A stretch of DNA of 64,000 nt from Thermodesulfobacteriota bacterium (GTDB lineage Bacteria; Desulfobacterota; Binatia; Bin18): assembly GCA_964291405.2 (NCBI GenBank), contig OZ219926.1, forward strand, positions 3,776,001 to 3,840,000, given 5' to 3'. The position numbers and the translations under genes were made by a program. The notes beneath the pieces were generated by a model. That model saw nothing but the letters and a program-made list of their open reading frames with translations. It had not been told where the DNA came from and made no database searches. The stretch's first letter is position 1; each line of letters starts with the position of its first letter. Shown piece after piece: positions 19,452 through 29,046 of the stretch.

Positions 19452-19634
19452 ATGAAAGTGAACTGGGACGAGGAAGTCTGCACGCATTCGGCAAATTGTG
19501 TGAAGAGCCTGCCGCAAGTCTTTAAGGTTGAAGGCGGAGAATTCGTGATTGACCCCAGCGCGGCGTCAGAGGACGAGGTCCGGGCCGTCGTTGCCAAATG
19601 CCCGTCAGGGGCACTGTCCGTGCAGGAAGATTAA
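19452..19634 (+). CDS. Divergent (4Fe-4S)-binding ferredoxin (Fer4_19/YjdI-like)
   Basis: CTHSANCVKSLP.VF ... CPSGAL; SD GGAGGG. Confidence 0.85.
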   Translation: MKVNWDEEVCTHSANCVKSLPQVFKVEGGEFVIDPSAASEDEVRAVVAKCPSGALSVQED

Positions 19635-19668
19635 ATCGGGATAGGGCCGTTTTTCTGTGGCTGCTCGT

Positions 19669-20235
19669 ATGTCACAGACCTCGACGCAGCATACATTTCT
19701 CAACGGCCGCGTTTCCGTCCTGGTGGGTGACATTACCCAACAGCGGGTCGCTGCGGTGGTGAATGCGGCCAACGCAGGCCTGCTGGGTGGCGGGGGTGTG
19801 GATGGTGCCATTCATCGGGCCGGCGGGCCGGATATTCTCGCGGCCTGTCAGGAACTGCGGCGGACTCGTTATCCTGACGGGCTGCCCACGGGCGAAGCCG
19901 TCCTCACCACAGCCGGACGCCTACCGGCCCGGCATGTGATTCATACGGTCGGGCCGGTCTATAGTGCTGCCGGAGAGCAAGCGGACGATCTTCTCTCCGC
20001 CTGTTACCGCAACTCTCTCTCGCTTGCCGTACAGCATAAGCTGACGACGCTTGCCTTCCCGGCCATCTCCACCGGCGTGTACGGCTATCCGCGTGAGGAA
20101 GCCGCGGCAGTTGCCTCGCGGGCAATTGCCGACTTCTTCGCTACCGACGCGACTATCACGGAAGTCCGTCTGGTGTTTTTTGCCCAGCAGGACGCTGACG
20201 TTTTCATGACGCACCACACATTTCCGGCTGCATAA
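19669..20235 (+). CDS. ymdB: Macro-domain O-acetyl-ADP-ribose deacetylase
   Basis: GDIT, VNAAN, GGGGVDGAIHRAGG, HTVGP, FPAISTGVYGYP. Confidence 0.9.
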   Translation: MSQTSTQHTFLNGRVSVLVGDITQQRVAAVVNAANAGLLGGGGVDGAIHRAGGPDILAACQELRRTRYPDGLPTGEAVLTTAGRLPARHVIHTVGPVYSAAGEQADDLLSACYRNSLSLAVQHKLTTLAFPAISTGVYGYPREEAAAVASRAIADFFATDATITEVRLVFFAQQDADVFMTHHTFPAA

Positions 20236-20319
20236 GAATCAGCCTACCCCGTTCTCCGCGACCTCTCCCTTTCTTGTTCCGGGTATGGTAAGGCTGGCTG
20301 CTCTGAAAGGGAGGGACGT

Positions 20320-21666
20320 ATGTCGAGAGGGCAGACTACTGCGAGTTTCATGCGCCGGCTCTGGGGAATACTCGTCTTGGCTTGCTGGCTGGGAGGGACA
20401 CCGGTCTCGGCCGAGGACAACAAGAGCCGGACCTGGCGCACACTAGACGAACTTTCCGAAGAAGAACTCGCCCGCTTCGACTTTTCAACCGACACGCCCC
20501 GCCACGCAGACATCCCGTATATGCCGGCGGAAGCCTATCCGTTCGAGCCGCCCTACACGCCCGAAGAGGTCGGCTATCGGATCATGGAGTTCCCGCATAT
20601 GCCCCGCTGGAACTGTGTTCAGATTGAAGACACGGGAACACTCACCCCGACCGGCTATCTCTTTGTCCAGCAGATTATCGCCCTGGTGCATTATCGCGAC
20701 CCGGAAGGGCTGATGGGTCAGATTCTGTCCAAGCCAGGAGAAGTCTACTCGCGCTGGCTCACTCAGGATGTCGCTCCCCCGGAAAACTATGGCAACCAGA
20801 TGCTCTTCAGTACGTTTCGGACCGATCAACACCTGACCAAGAAAGCGGACCTGTTTGGGTATTCCCTGAGCATGCGCCGGGTGCGCCGTTTTCCCCAGCC
20901 GCGGCGGCAGGAAAAATTTCCAAACGCGCCTATGGCCTATGACGATTTTTTGGGTCGCGACGCCTGGGAGTTCTCCTGGCGCGTTCTGGGCACCGATGTG
21001 CTCTACAAAACCGCGCGTTTCCCAAAGACGCGCCAGTCGATCACGCTTCAGACCGAGGACGGGACTTTTCAGGATGTCCCGGCCAGTACCATCAAACTGA
21101 TGGGCGATGACTATCCATTTTACACCGAGGATAACGGAGTCAAATGCTATCTGGTCGAGGCCGCAGCCAAGCAAGACTGGTTGCCCGATTACTACGCACC
21201 CCGGATTCTGTTCTGGGCGGATCAGCACTATTTCTATCCGTTGCGGACCGAAATCTATGGCAGGAATGGCGAGCCCATTATGATAGAGGAGCGCGTGGCC
21301 AAGCTCATGAACCCACGCCTCAAGGAGCGCGGCTATCATAACCTGATTACCCTATGGTGGGACCCACAGCAGGACTTTTACTCATACGGCATCCACGACG
21401 CCATGCAGCTCCGGGACTGGTCACAAGAGGATAAGGACGTGTTCTTTAATCCGGACTTCATGCGCCGCACCTGGTTCCCGGCACCGCTCAAGACGCAAGC
21501 CGGCATCAGTTTACCGGAGGAGTTTTTCCTCCGACCTCAACTCCATCGCGGCAAGTTTCCCAAAGAGCGCGACCTTGTCCTGCCGGCCTATCTGGAAGAG
21601 AGAATTCAGGCCCAGGAGGAAGCCGGCTATATCGTCTTTACCGGGGAGACGAACGGAGCGGAGTAG
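20320..21666 (+). CDS. DUF1329-like exported protein
   Basis: Signal peptide; YSLSMRRVRR motif, DD..G, W..LG, C.LVEA, YY..RI.W.D. Confidence 0.65.
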   Translation: MSRGQTTASFMRRLWGILVLACWLGGTPVSAEDNKSRTWRTLDELSEEELARFDFSTDTPRHADIPYMPAEAYPFEPPYTPEEVGYRIMEFPHMPRWNCVQIEDTGTLTPTGYLFVQQIIALVHYRDPEGLMGQILSKPGEVYSRWLTQDVAPPENYGNQMLFSTFRTDQHLTKKADLFGYSLSMRRVRRFPQPRRQEKFPNAPMAYDDFLGRDAWEFSWRVLGTDVLYKTARFPKTRQSITLQTEDGTFQDVPASTIKLMGDDYPFYTEDNGVKCYLVEAAAKQDWLPDYYAPRILFWADQHYFYPLRTEIYGRNGEPIMIEERVAKLMNPRLKERGYHNLITLWWDPQQDFYSYGIHDAMQLRDWSQEDKDVFFNPDFMRRTWFPAPLKTQAGISLPEEFFLRPQLHRGKFPKERDLVLPAYLEERIQAQEEAGYIVFTGETNGAE

Positions 21667-21721
21667 GATCGGAAGGACGATCCTCCTCGGACCGTCCTTC
21701 CTAAAGAAATCCTGCGGCCTT

Positions 21722-24022
21722 CTACGCCTCACCTGACCCGTTGGCCCCGTTTGACCCGTTGGCTCCATTGCTACGCGTGGCCCAGAAAATCCGCTCGGGA
21801 TTCATGGGCAGCTCGTACAGCCGGGTGCCGGTGGCGCGGTAGAGCGCATTGGCCAGGGCTGCGCCCGGCGGCACGATGGGCACTTCGCCGACACCGCGCA
21901 GACCGTAGGGGCCTTCGGAGGCCGGGACTTCGGTCAGGACGGTTTCGATCATGGGCAGGTCCAGCGCCACCGGACAGCGATAGTCCAGCAGGCTGGCGTT
22001 TTTCAGCTCGCCGTTATCAAAAATATATTCCTCATTCAGGGCCCAGCCGATGCCCTGCACGGCCCCTCCCTGGATCTGACCTTCAACCTGGGTTGGATTG
22101 ATAGCTTTGCCGACATCCTGGAAGCAGGTATAGCGCAGGATAGTCACTTTGCCCGTCTCCGGATCAATCTCAACATCCGCGACATGGGCGGCATAGGCGT
22201 GGGCCGGCTGCATCCGGGTGGTGCTGCCCTTGCCGATGATCGGTCCGCTGCCCCAGGCTACACTCTCGCGGGCCAACTCGGCCAGGCTGACTTCGTTCCG
22301 GGTATCACCCTTGGCCCAGAACCGTTTGGCCTGATACTCGATCTCAGCGACGGGCACCTTGAGCTTTTCCGCAGCCCGCTCTTTGAGTTGGGTCAACACA
22401 TCCTGACTGGCCTGATGGGCGGCGGCACTCATCGTGTAGGTAATCCGGCTGCCGCCGCTCAGGTCGGCAAAGGGGGCGCTGTCGGTATCACCCACTGTGA
22501 TGGTAATGTCTTGGGGGTCAAGCTGGAGTTCATCGGCCACCATTTGTGAAATCGTGGTACGGGTGCCGGTCAGGTCCACGGTGCCCACAAAAATTGAGGC
22601 GGTGGCATCCGGGTTGATCTTGACCTCGGCACTCGATGTGAAGGAGCCACCGATCCAGTAACCCAGGGCCAGTCCCCGACCGCGGTGGGGACCCTCCAGC
22701 GGCGTAGTCCAGCATGGATGCGTCTCGATCTGTTTCAGCATCTCGGTCAGGCCGATACGGTTGAGCGGCATGCCCAGGGGTAGGGTATCGCCTTCTTCGG
22801 CGGCGTTTTTCTGCCGAAACGCCAGCGGGTCGACGCCGACCTCGTCCGCCAGGGCATCCATCAGCGCTTCGACCGCAAAGGCTGCCGGCGTGCCGCCAGG
22901 GGCGCGATAGGCTTGAACGCGCGGCTTATTGGTCAGCACGTCGAACCCTTCGGCAACCATATTGTCCAGCTTATACGGAGCCAGACCCACCAGCAGGCCG
23001 CGGGCGACCGGCGAGCCGGGAAAGGCGCCGGCATCATAGCGCATGGTTGTTGTCAGTGCGGTAATCTTTCCGTCTTTTGTGGCGCCGGCTTTCACGGTGA
23101 TGACCGCGGGTGCCCCTGGGCCGGTTGCGCGCAGCACCTCTTCCCGGGAGACCACGAGTTTAACCGGCCGGCTGGTCTTTTGTGCCAGCACAATAGCGGT
23201 GGGTTCAAACAGTGCCAGGGCTTTGCCGCCAAATCCGCCTCCGATCTCCATGGGTACGACCTTGAGCTGGCTGGCGGGGAGACCGAGCAGGGTCACGAGT
23301 TGGGTGCGGACGGTGAAATGCCCCTGGGCCGAAGTCCACAACGTGACCCGGCCGTTGGGCTCGACTCGCGCCGCGCAGGCCTGGGGTTCCAGATAGCCCT
23401 GGTGGACCATCTGGGTCGTATACGTTTTCTCAATAACCGCGTCGGCCGCCGCGAACCCGGCCTCAACATCGCCCCGGGCGTAGACCATATGCGTGGAAAT
23501 ATTACTCGGCTGGTCGGACCTTTCCTGGGTCGCCTCTTCGAGCGTGTGCAGATCTTCGTGAACGAGCGGGGCGTCCGGCTGCATGGCCTGGAGTACGTCT
23601 TCCACGACCGACAGGGGTTCGTAGTCGACGTCAACCAGTCCAGCCGCTTCCTCGGCAATAAACGGGTCGGTGGCGGCCACCGCGGCTACGACCTGACCGT
23701 GATAGCGGACTTTGTCCGAGGCCATGACGATCTCGCGGATGGCGCTCATATCGATGCTGACTTCTCCCACCAGGGGGGCGGTGGCACCTTTTGGCAGGGA
23801 GGGCAGATCGTGCGCGGTAATGGCGGCTTTCACGCCGGGCAGCGCTTTGGCCCGGCTGGTATCAATATGTTTGATACGGGCGTGGGCATACGGGCTGCGG
23901 ACGAGTTTCGCCCACAGCATGCCGGGCAGATCGAGGTCGGCCCCATAGGTCGCCTTGCCCGTGACCCGCTCCGGGGCATCGACTTTGGCCAAAGACGTTC
24001 CGATTACATTATACTCAGCCAT
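21722..24022 (-). CDS. Xanthine dehydrogenase family molybdopterin-binding large subunit
   Basis: RSPYAHARI, HQGYLEP, IGGGFGGK, AYRAPG, GGSRIT, EGQIQGG..QGIG, GVGE. Confidence 0.93.
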   Translation of the reverse strand: MAEYNVIGTSLAKVDAPERVTGKATYGADLDLPGMLWAKLVRSPYAHARIKHIDTSRAKALPGVKAAITAHDLPSLPKGATAPLVGEVSIDMSAIREIVMASDKVRYHGQVVAAVAATDPFIAEEAAGLVDVDYEPLSVVEDVLQAMQPDAPLVHEDLHTLEEATQERSDQPSNISTHMVYARGDVEAGFAAADAVIEKTYTTQMVHQGYLEPQACAARVEPNGRVTLWTSAQGHFTVRTQLVTLLGLPASQLKVVPMEIGGGFGGKALALFEPTAIVLAQKTSRPVKLVVSREEVLRATGPGAPAVITVKAGATKDGKITALTTTMRYDAGAFPGSPVARGLLVGLAPYKLDNMVAEGFDVLTNKPRVQAYRAPGGTPAAFAVEALMDALADEVGVDPLAFRQKNAAEEGDTLPLGMPLNRIGLTEMLKQIETHPCWTTPLEGPHRGRGLALGYWIGGSFTSSAEVKINPDATASIFVGTVDLTGTRTTISQMVADELQLDPQDITITVGDTDSAPFADLSGGSRITYTMSAAAHQASQDVLTQLKERAAEKLKVPVAEIEYQAKRFWAKGDTRNEVSLAELARESVAWGSGPIIGKGSTTRMQPAHAYAAHVADVEIDPETGKVTILRYTCFQDVGKAINPTQVEGQIQGGAVQGIGWALNEEYIFDNGELKNASLLDYRCPVALDLPMIETVLTEVPASEGPYGLRGVGEVPIVPPGAALANALYRATGTRLYELPMNPERIFWATRSNGANGSNGANGSGEA

Positions 24023-24033
24023 GCGGTCCCTCC

Positions 24034-24510
24034 TTAGGCGGTTTGTGAAAGCGCCTGCGACGCAGCCTGAATCGCCCGAACAATTTTGTCATAGCCCGTG
24101 CAGCGGCATAGATTGCCGGAAATCGCCAAACGAATCTCCACTTCGCTCGGGTTGGGGTTGCGTTCCAATAATGCCTTGGCCGACATGATAAAGCCCGGCG
24201 TACAAAACCCGCACTGCAAACCACCGTTTTCAATAAAAGCCTGCTGCACGGGGTGGAGGTTGCCCTCAGCCGCCACCCCCTCGACCGTAGTCACGTCCGC
24301 GCCTGCCGCTTCGACCGCGAATACGAGGCAGGCATTGACGACCGCACCGTTCAGGACGACCGTACAGGCCCCGCAGTTGCCATTGCCGCAGCCTTCCTTG
24401 GGCCCCATATGGCCCAGCTTGTAGCGCAGGGTGTCCAGCAGCGTTTCGCGGGTATCGACCAGCGCGGCGTGCGGCTCGCCGTTGACGTTCAGTTCAATTG
24501 CCTGTTTCAT
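24034..24510 (-). CDS. (2Fe-2S)-binding small subunit (CoxS-like)
   Basis: KEGCGNGNCGACTV, QCGFCTPG, GNLCRCTGY. Confidence 0.95.
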   Translation of the reverse strand: MKQAIELNVNGEPHAALVDTRETLLDTLRYKLGHMGPKEGCGNGNCGACTVVLNGAVVNACLVFAVEAAGADVTTVEGVAAEGNLHPVQQAFIENGGLQCGFCTPGFIMSAKALLERNPNPSEVEIRLAISGNLCRCTGYDKIVRAIQAASQALSQTA

Positions 24511-25382
24511 GCTGCCTCCCCCCTGGCTCTCTCCAGCGCCTTGCCCAGCGTACGTCGCGTCAGCACCTTCACCAGTTCAATCCGATAGGCCGCCGAACCA
24601 CGCACGTCGGAGATCGGACTGGCGGCCCGGGACGCCAGCTCCCCAGCCTGGGAAACCGTTGTCTCATCCAAAGCCCGCCCCGTTAAAAACGCCTCGGCCT
24701 CTTTTGCACGGACGGGAATGGGCGCAACCGCGGCGAGCACGATACGGGCCTGCTCGCAGGTACGAGCGTCCGGGCTGAGCTGGACAAACGAGCCCACCCC
24801 AGCCACCGCAATGTCCATCTCTTCGCGCGGGATAAAACGCAGATAGGCCGCCCCGGAATGGGGTGGGGGAGGCGGCAGTACAATCTCGACCAGGACCTCG
24901 CCCTTTTCCAGTACGGTCTGGCCAGGCCCGACAAAAAAATCTTCTGATGGAATCTCCCGCTGTCCGCCTAGCCCGGCGATCACCAGCGTCGCGCCATACG
25001 ATACCGCCGGTGGAACGGCATCTGCGGAGGGGGCAGCGTTGCAAAAGTTGCCCCCTAACGCGGCGCGGTTCTGTATTTGATACGAGCCGATCAGGGCGCA
25101 GGCCTCGGCCAGGGCCGGGTAGTGGACACGCACCGGCTCGAACTCGGCGATCTGCGTACACGACACGGCCGCACCAATGTGGAGCCCGGCCTCGTAGGAG
25201 AGGACATTGAGCTCAGGGATTTTTTTAACGTCAACGACCAGAGCCGGGCTCCGGCGGTTCTCCTTCATTTGGGCAATAAGATCGGTTCCGCCCGCCAGGG
25301 GTCGTGCCTCACCACTTGCCTCGGCCAGCAATACCACGGCGTCTTGTAGATTCTGCGGAGCAGCGTACTCGAATGCATCCAC
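24507..25382 (-). CDS. FAD-binding medium subunit (CoxM-like)
   Basis: LAGGTDL, QIQNRA.LGGN.CNA.P.AD, PISDVRGS..YR; GTG start after GGAGGG. Confidence 0.92.
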   Translation of the reverse strand: MDAFEYAAPQNLQDAVVLLAEASGEARPLAGGTDLIAQMKENRRSPALVVDVKKIPELNVLSYEAGLHIGAAVSCTQIAEFEPVRVHYPALAEACALIGSYQIQNRAALGGNFCNAAPSADAVPPAVSYGATLVIAGLGGQREIPSEDFFVGPGQTVLEKGEVLVEIVLPPPPPHSGAAYLRFIPREEMDIAVAGVGSFVQLSPDARTCEQARIVLAAVAPIPVRAKEAEAFLTGRALDETTVSQAGELASRAASPISDVRGSAAYRIELVKVLTRRTLGKALERARGEAA

Positions 25383-25579
25383 ACTCAGACCCTCCTTCTC
25401 CTTGTTGGACACTAGTACTCCTATCCCTTGAAGTAGGAAAAGATCAAGAGAATTGTTCTGCTTCAAGTTTCCAGTAAAGAGGAACGTGTGGACAATTCGG
25501 GTCGGGCCTGATTAAGTAATCCGGCTGTGAGGGGGAGGGGCGTCTGAGTGCGAAAACCTTGCGTAAGGAGGAAAGATTC

Positions 25580-26365
25580 TTGGCAAACTGGACTGAACAG
25601 AAGGCTCATATAGCCGAAGCTGAATTAACGCTCATTAAGGGCGGATCAGGTAAACCCTTGTTAATGTTGCATGATGAGCTGGGATTCCCCGGATGGATGA
25701 AATGGAATGACGAGCTTGCGACAGAGCGCGCGTTCGTGATTCCGCTCCAGCCCGGTTTTGGCAAAACTCCGCGTCTGGGGTGGATTCGGGATTTTCGTGA
25801 CTTGGCCGGTCTGTATAGCATGGCGGTCAGAGAAATGGGGCTCGACCCGGTGGATGTCATTGCGTTCTCAGCCGGTGGATTCATTGCCGCTGAGATGGTC
25901 GCGGCCGACCCCAAGATTTTCGACCATTTGATTCTGGTAGGTCCGATGGGGCTCAAACCCGAGAAGGGCGAAATCTGGGACATCTTCCCGGTGACGATCC
26001 GGACCCATTTACGGGCAACCGTTGCCGACCCAGGGGCCGCCGAGTTCGGAAGTATTTACGGTGGCGAGATGACGCCGGAGCAATTCGAGGCGTTTGAAGA
26101 TGCCCGGGCGGAAAGCGCGCGTATCGGCTGGGAGCCGTATATGCATAATCCGAGCCTGCCCTATCTGTTGCGCGGCGTAAAAAACGTCCCCACCCTGCTG
26201 GTTCGCGGGTCCGAAGACCGGATCGTGCCAGCGGGTTGCATCGCCGCCTATATCAAAGCCATTGACGGGGCCAGGGCCGTGGAAATCGCCAATGTCGGCC
26301 ATCGTCCGGAAATCGAAAATTCGGCCGAATTTGTCAAAATCGTGCAAGACTTCCTGGCGTCGTAA
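25580..26365 (+). CDS. Alpha/beta fold hydrolase
   Basis: GSGKPLLMLH, PGFG, elbow AFSAGG, PTLL..G..D.IVP, GH.PE.E; TTG start after AAGGAGG. Confidence 0.8.
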   Translation: MANWTEQKAHIAEAELTLIKGGSGKPLLMLHDELGFPGWMKWNDELATERAFVIPLQPGFGKTPRLGWIRDFRDLAGLYSMAVREMGLDPVDVIAFSAGGFIAAEMVAADPKIFDHLILVGPMGLKPEKGEIWDIFPVTIRTHLRATVADPGAAEFGSIYGGEMTPEQFEAFEDARAESARIGWEPYMHNPSLPYLLRGVKNVPTLLVRGSEDRIVPAGCIAAYIKAIDGARAVEIANVGHRPEIENSAEFVKIVQDFLAS

Positions 26366-26401
26366 TTGCGTGGGACAAGTTCGTCCGAAGGAGAATGCCT
26401 T

Positions 26402-27736
26402 ATGCAAATCTCATATTTCACCGAACGGCCCTATCGCGGTCTGAACGAGGACGAGATACTCAAGAACAAAGCCTACTTCGCCGTGCCCAACGCCCTGTTC
26501 GACCGCGAGCAGGCGGCCAACGATTACAATTATTATCTGGACGAATACTGCTATGCCGAAGAGCTCGGTTTCGATGCTGTTGCGCTCAACGAGCACCACG
26601 GCAATCCCTTCTGCATGGGCAGCGTCATGAATGTCGAAGCTTCCATCCTGGCGCGGATTACCAATAAAGTCCGCATTGTTCTGATCGGCAATCCGTTGCC
26701 CGTGCTGAAGCACCCGCTACGCATGGCCGAAGAGCTGGCCGAGATTGATCTGATCTCGCGCGGTCGTCTCGTCACCGGCTGGGTACGCGGGGCGGGCAGC
26801 GAGCAGTTCTTTAATAATGCCAACCCGGCCTATAACCGGGAGATGTTCAACGAAGCTCACGACTTTATCGTGCAGGCCTGGACCAAGCCCGGTCCGTGGC
26901 GTTACGAGGGCAAGCATTTCCACTATCGACACGTCAATCCGTGGGCGCTTCCCTACCAAAAACCGCATCCGCCGATGTGGATTCCCGGTGTGTTGAGCCC
27001 GGAGACAGCCCGCTGGTGTGCGGAGCACCGCTATCCCTACCTGGGATTAGGCACGGCCTTGGGGCCAACCTGTGACCTGTGGGATTTCTACGCCGATGAA
27101 GCCGCCAAGCACGGCTATCAGGCCGGGCCGGAAAACTTTGGCTATCTGATTCCGACCTTTCTGGCCGAAACAGAAGAGAAGGCCCAGGAAATCGGCAAGA
27201 ACTTTGTGTTCGGCGGCGGCCAGAACGCCTTCTCCCGTCCCGAGCATACCCTGCCGCCGGGCTATAACTCCAAGGGCGCTATCCGTATGCTGGCCAAACA
27301 TCCAGGTGGAAGCTGGCTGGGTGTCAGCCCCGAGAAATTACGGGCTCAGTCGGACGATGGTCGGCCCGACACCACCGACTTTGATACCGTCCGTCAGAAA
27401 CTGCTCAAGGGCTACGGTAAGGCGCAGAGGAATCTCCAACTCCTCATCGGCACCCCGGAGTCCGTCCTGCCCAAAGCCAAGACTCTGTTGCGGGTGCTAC
27501 GTCCGAGCATCTTTGTCTTCTTCAATATCCAGGGGCCGGTCGGTGATGAGGAGCGTAAAACGAGCATGCGTCTGATCGCCCAGGAGTTGACTCCGCGATT
27601 GCGGGAATATGCCAAGGAAATCGATCTGGTCGATCCGTTTGAACGCACCCCAGGCTCGATGGCTTACCGCAACGGGGTGACGCGCGATCCGGTCGTGGAC
27701 CGCGAACCCCTGGCCGCGTTGGGCATGGCCGGCTAG
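26402..27736 (+). CDS. LLM class flavin-dependent oxidoreductase
   Basis: AEELGFD....NEHH, PLRMAEELA.ID.IS.GRL, PYQKPHPP.W. Confidence 0.92.
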   Translation: MQISYFTERPYRGLNEDEILKNKAYFAVPNALFDREQAANDYNYYLDEYCYAEELGFDAVALNEHHGNPFCMGSVMNVEASILARITNKVRIVLIGNPLPVLKHPLRMAEELAEIDLISRGRLVTGWVRGAGSEQFFNNANPAYNREMFNEAHDFIVQAWTKPGPWRYEGKHFHYRHVNPWALPYQKPHPPMWIPGVLSPETARWCAEHRYPYLGLGTALGPTCDLWDFYADEAAKHGYQAGPENFGYLIPTFLAETEEKAQEIGKNFVFGGGQNAFSRPEHTLPPGYNSKGAIRMLAKHPGGSWLGVSPEKLRAQSDDGRPDTTDFDTVRQKLLKGYGKAQRNLQLLIGTPESVLPKAKTLLRVLRPSIFVFFNIQGPVGDEERKTSMRLIAQELTPRLREYAKEIDLVDPFERTPGSMAYRNGVTRDPVVDREPLAALGMAG

Positions 27737-27777
27737 ATCGCACATACGGGCTGGGTGTCATTTGTGTTTGCAGGTGG

Positions 27778-27805
27778 AAAGGGTGGTCGTGAAGCCACCC
27801 TTTTT
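27778..27805 (+). terminator. Rho-independent terminator
   Basis: AAAGGGTGG-tcgtgaag-CCACCCTTTTT downstream of the LLM gene. Confidence 0.7.
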
Positions 27806-27875
27806 GCTATGCGCAGAACGGCGGTAGGATGTCCGCAGGAGAAACGTCACTCCCAGACTGAGGAGGACGCGCACG

Positions 27876-28907
27876 ATGAGTGATGCTCACGAACATGATA
27901 CCGGCGTGGCCTTTCAGCAGCGCCTGCTGACGACCGACCAGAACCGTGAACGTGAGATTCGGGTCAAGGCGATCGAAGCCCTGTTGACTGAGAAAACTCT
28001 CATTTCCAACGCATTGCTCGATGCCGTTCTGGACTCGTACGAAAACGACATCGGGCCGTTGAACGGCTGCAGGGTTGTTGCCCAGGCCTGGACGGACCCC
28101 GTCTATAAGGCCCGTCTGCTTGAGAATGGCTCCGCTGCTATAGCCGAGTTGGGCTTTGGCGGCTTGCAGGGCGAGCATCTGGTCGTGGTGGAGAACACGC
28201 CACAGACGCATAACGTGATCGTCTGCGCCTTATGCTCGTGCTACCCCTGGCCGGTCCTGGGGCTGCCGCCATTCTGGTATAAGAGCCAGTCGTATCGCTC
28301 CAGAGTCACCGGCCGGCCTCGTGAGGTGCTCCAGGAGTTTGGGCTTGAGCTGGACGAGAGTATTCAGATTCAGGTCTGGAACAGTACCTTCCAGACCCGC
28401 TATATGGTCCTGCCGGAGCGACCGGCCGGGACGGAGCAGATGACGCTCGATGAGCTTACGGCCATTGTCACGCGAGATGCGATGATCGGGGTGGCGCGGG
28501 TCGAGCCTGAGAAACAGCAGCAGCCCGGTCTGTCCCAGAGACACGTCTCTGACATGCAGGGTCCTGCCTCTCTGCCCCGACGAAGCGGCGAACTCCAGTT
28601 CCAGGACCCGTGGGAAGGCATCGCGTTTGCCCTGGGGGTCGCCCTGTGCGAACGGAGCTACTATGCCTGGGCCGAGTTTCAAGAGCGATTGATTGCCGAG
28701 ATTGCCAGTGCGGACCGGCAGCCACCTGAGATGAGACCAACCTATTATGAAAGCTGGCTGGCCGCCTTTGAAAAACTGCTCGACACAAAGAATATACTGG
28801 CTCAGAGCATAATTAACCGCCGCGTCCGCCAGATTAAACAGGGTCTCTCTCTGCGCCGCACCCGTCTTCCGTTTGGCATCAGGCCGTGGCCGGACGAGGA
28901 AGGATAG
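27876..28907 (+). CDS. nthA: Nitrile hydratase alpha subunit fused to NHase accessory/activator (beta-N-terminal-like) domain
   Basis: VA.AW.DP.YK.RLL, VVENT, VCALCSCYPWPVLGLPP.WYKS, RYMVLPERP; then in frame LPR..GEL.F..PWEG.AF, W.EF...LI..I, YYE.WL.A.E.LL. Confidence 0.88.
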   Translation: MSDAHEHDTGVAFQQRLLTTDQNREREIRVKAIEALLTEKTLISNALLDAVLDSYENDIGPLNGCRVVAQAWTDPVYKARLLENGSAAIAELGFGGLQGEHLVVVENTPQTHNVIVCALCSCYPWPVLGLPPFWYKSQSYRSRVTGRPREVLQEFGLELDESIQIQVWNSTFQTRYMVLPERPAGTEQMTLDELTAIVTRDAMIGVARVEPEKQQQPGLSQRHVSDMQGPASLPRRSGELQFQDPWEGIAFALGVALCERSYYAWAEFQERLIAEIASADRQPPEMRPTYYESWLAAFEKLLDTKNILAQSIINRRVRQIKQGLSLRRTRLPFGIRPWPDEEG

Positions 28908-28936
28908 GCCACGGACCCTGGAGGCCCATCCCCCAC

Positions 28937-29042
28937 ATCCCCTCTTGGGAGGGGTGCCGCGCCAGCGGCGGGGTGGGTTTGTTCGGCCGGGCGTGCAGGG
29001 ACAACCCACCCCGGCCTTCGGCCACCCCTCCAGGGAGGGGAT
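28937..29042. repeat. REPIN-like inverted pair of GC-rich palindromes
   Basis: ATCCCCTCTTGGGAGGGGTG..GGGGTGGGTT versus AACCCACCCC..CACCCCTCCAGGGAGGGGAT between convergent genes. Confidence 0.65.
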
Positions 29043-29046
29043 AGGA

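Noticed and set aside
21722-21775. NGANGSNGANGS repeat at the CoxL-like C-terminus
   Set aside because: Short low-complexity tail with no evidence of function.
21722-25382. coxMSL as aerobic CO dehydrogenase
   Set aside because: The active-site loop is AYRAPG, not form I AYxCSFR or form II AYRGAGR, and no coxDEFG genes are present. It is a generic Mo-hydroxylase.
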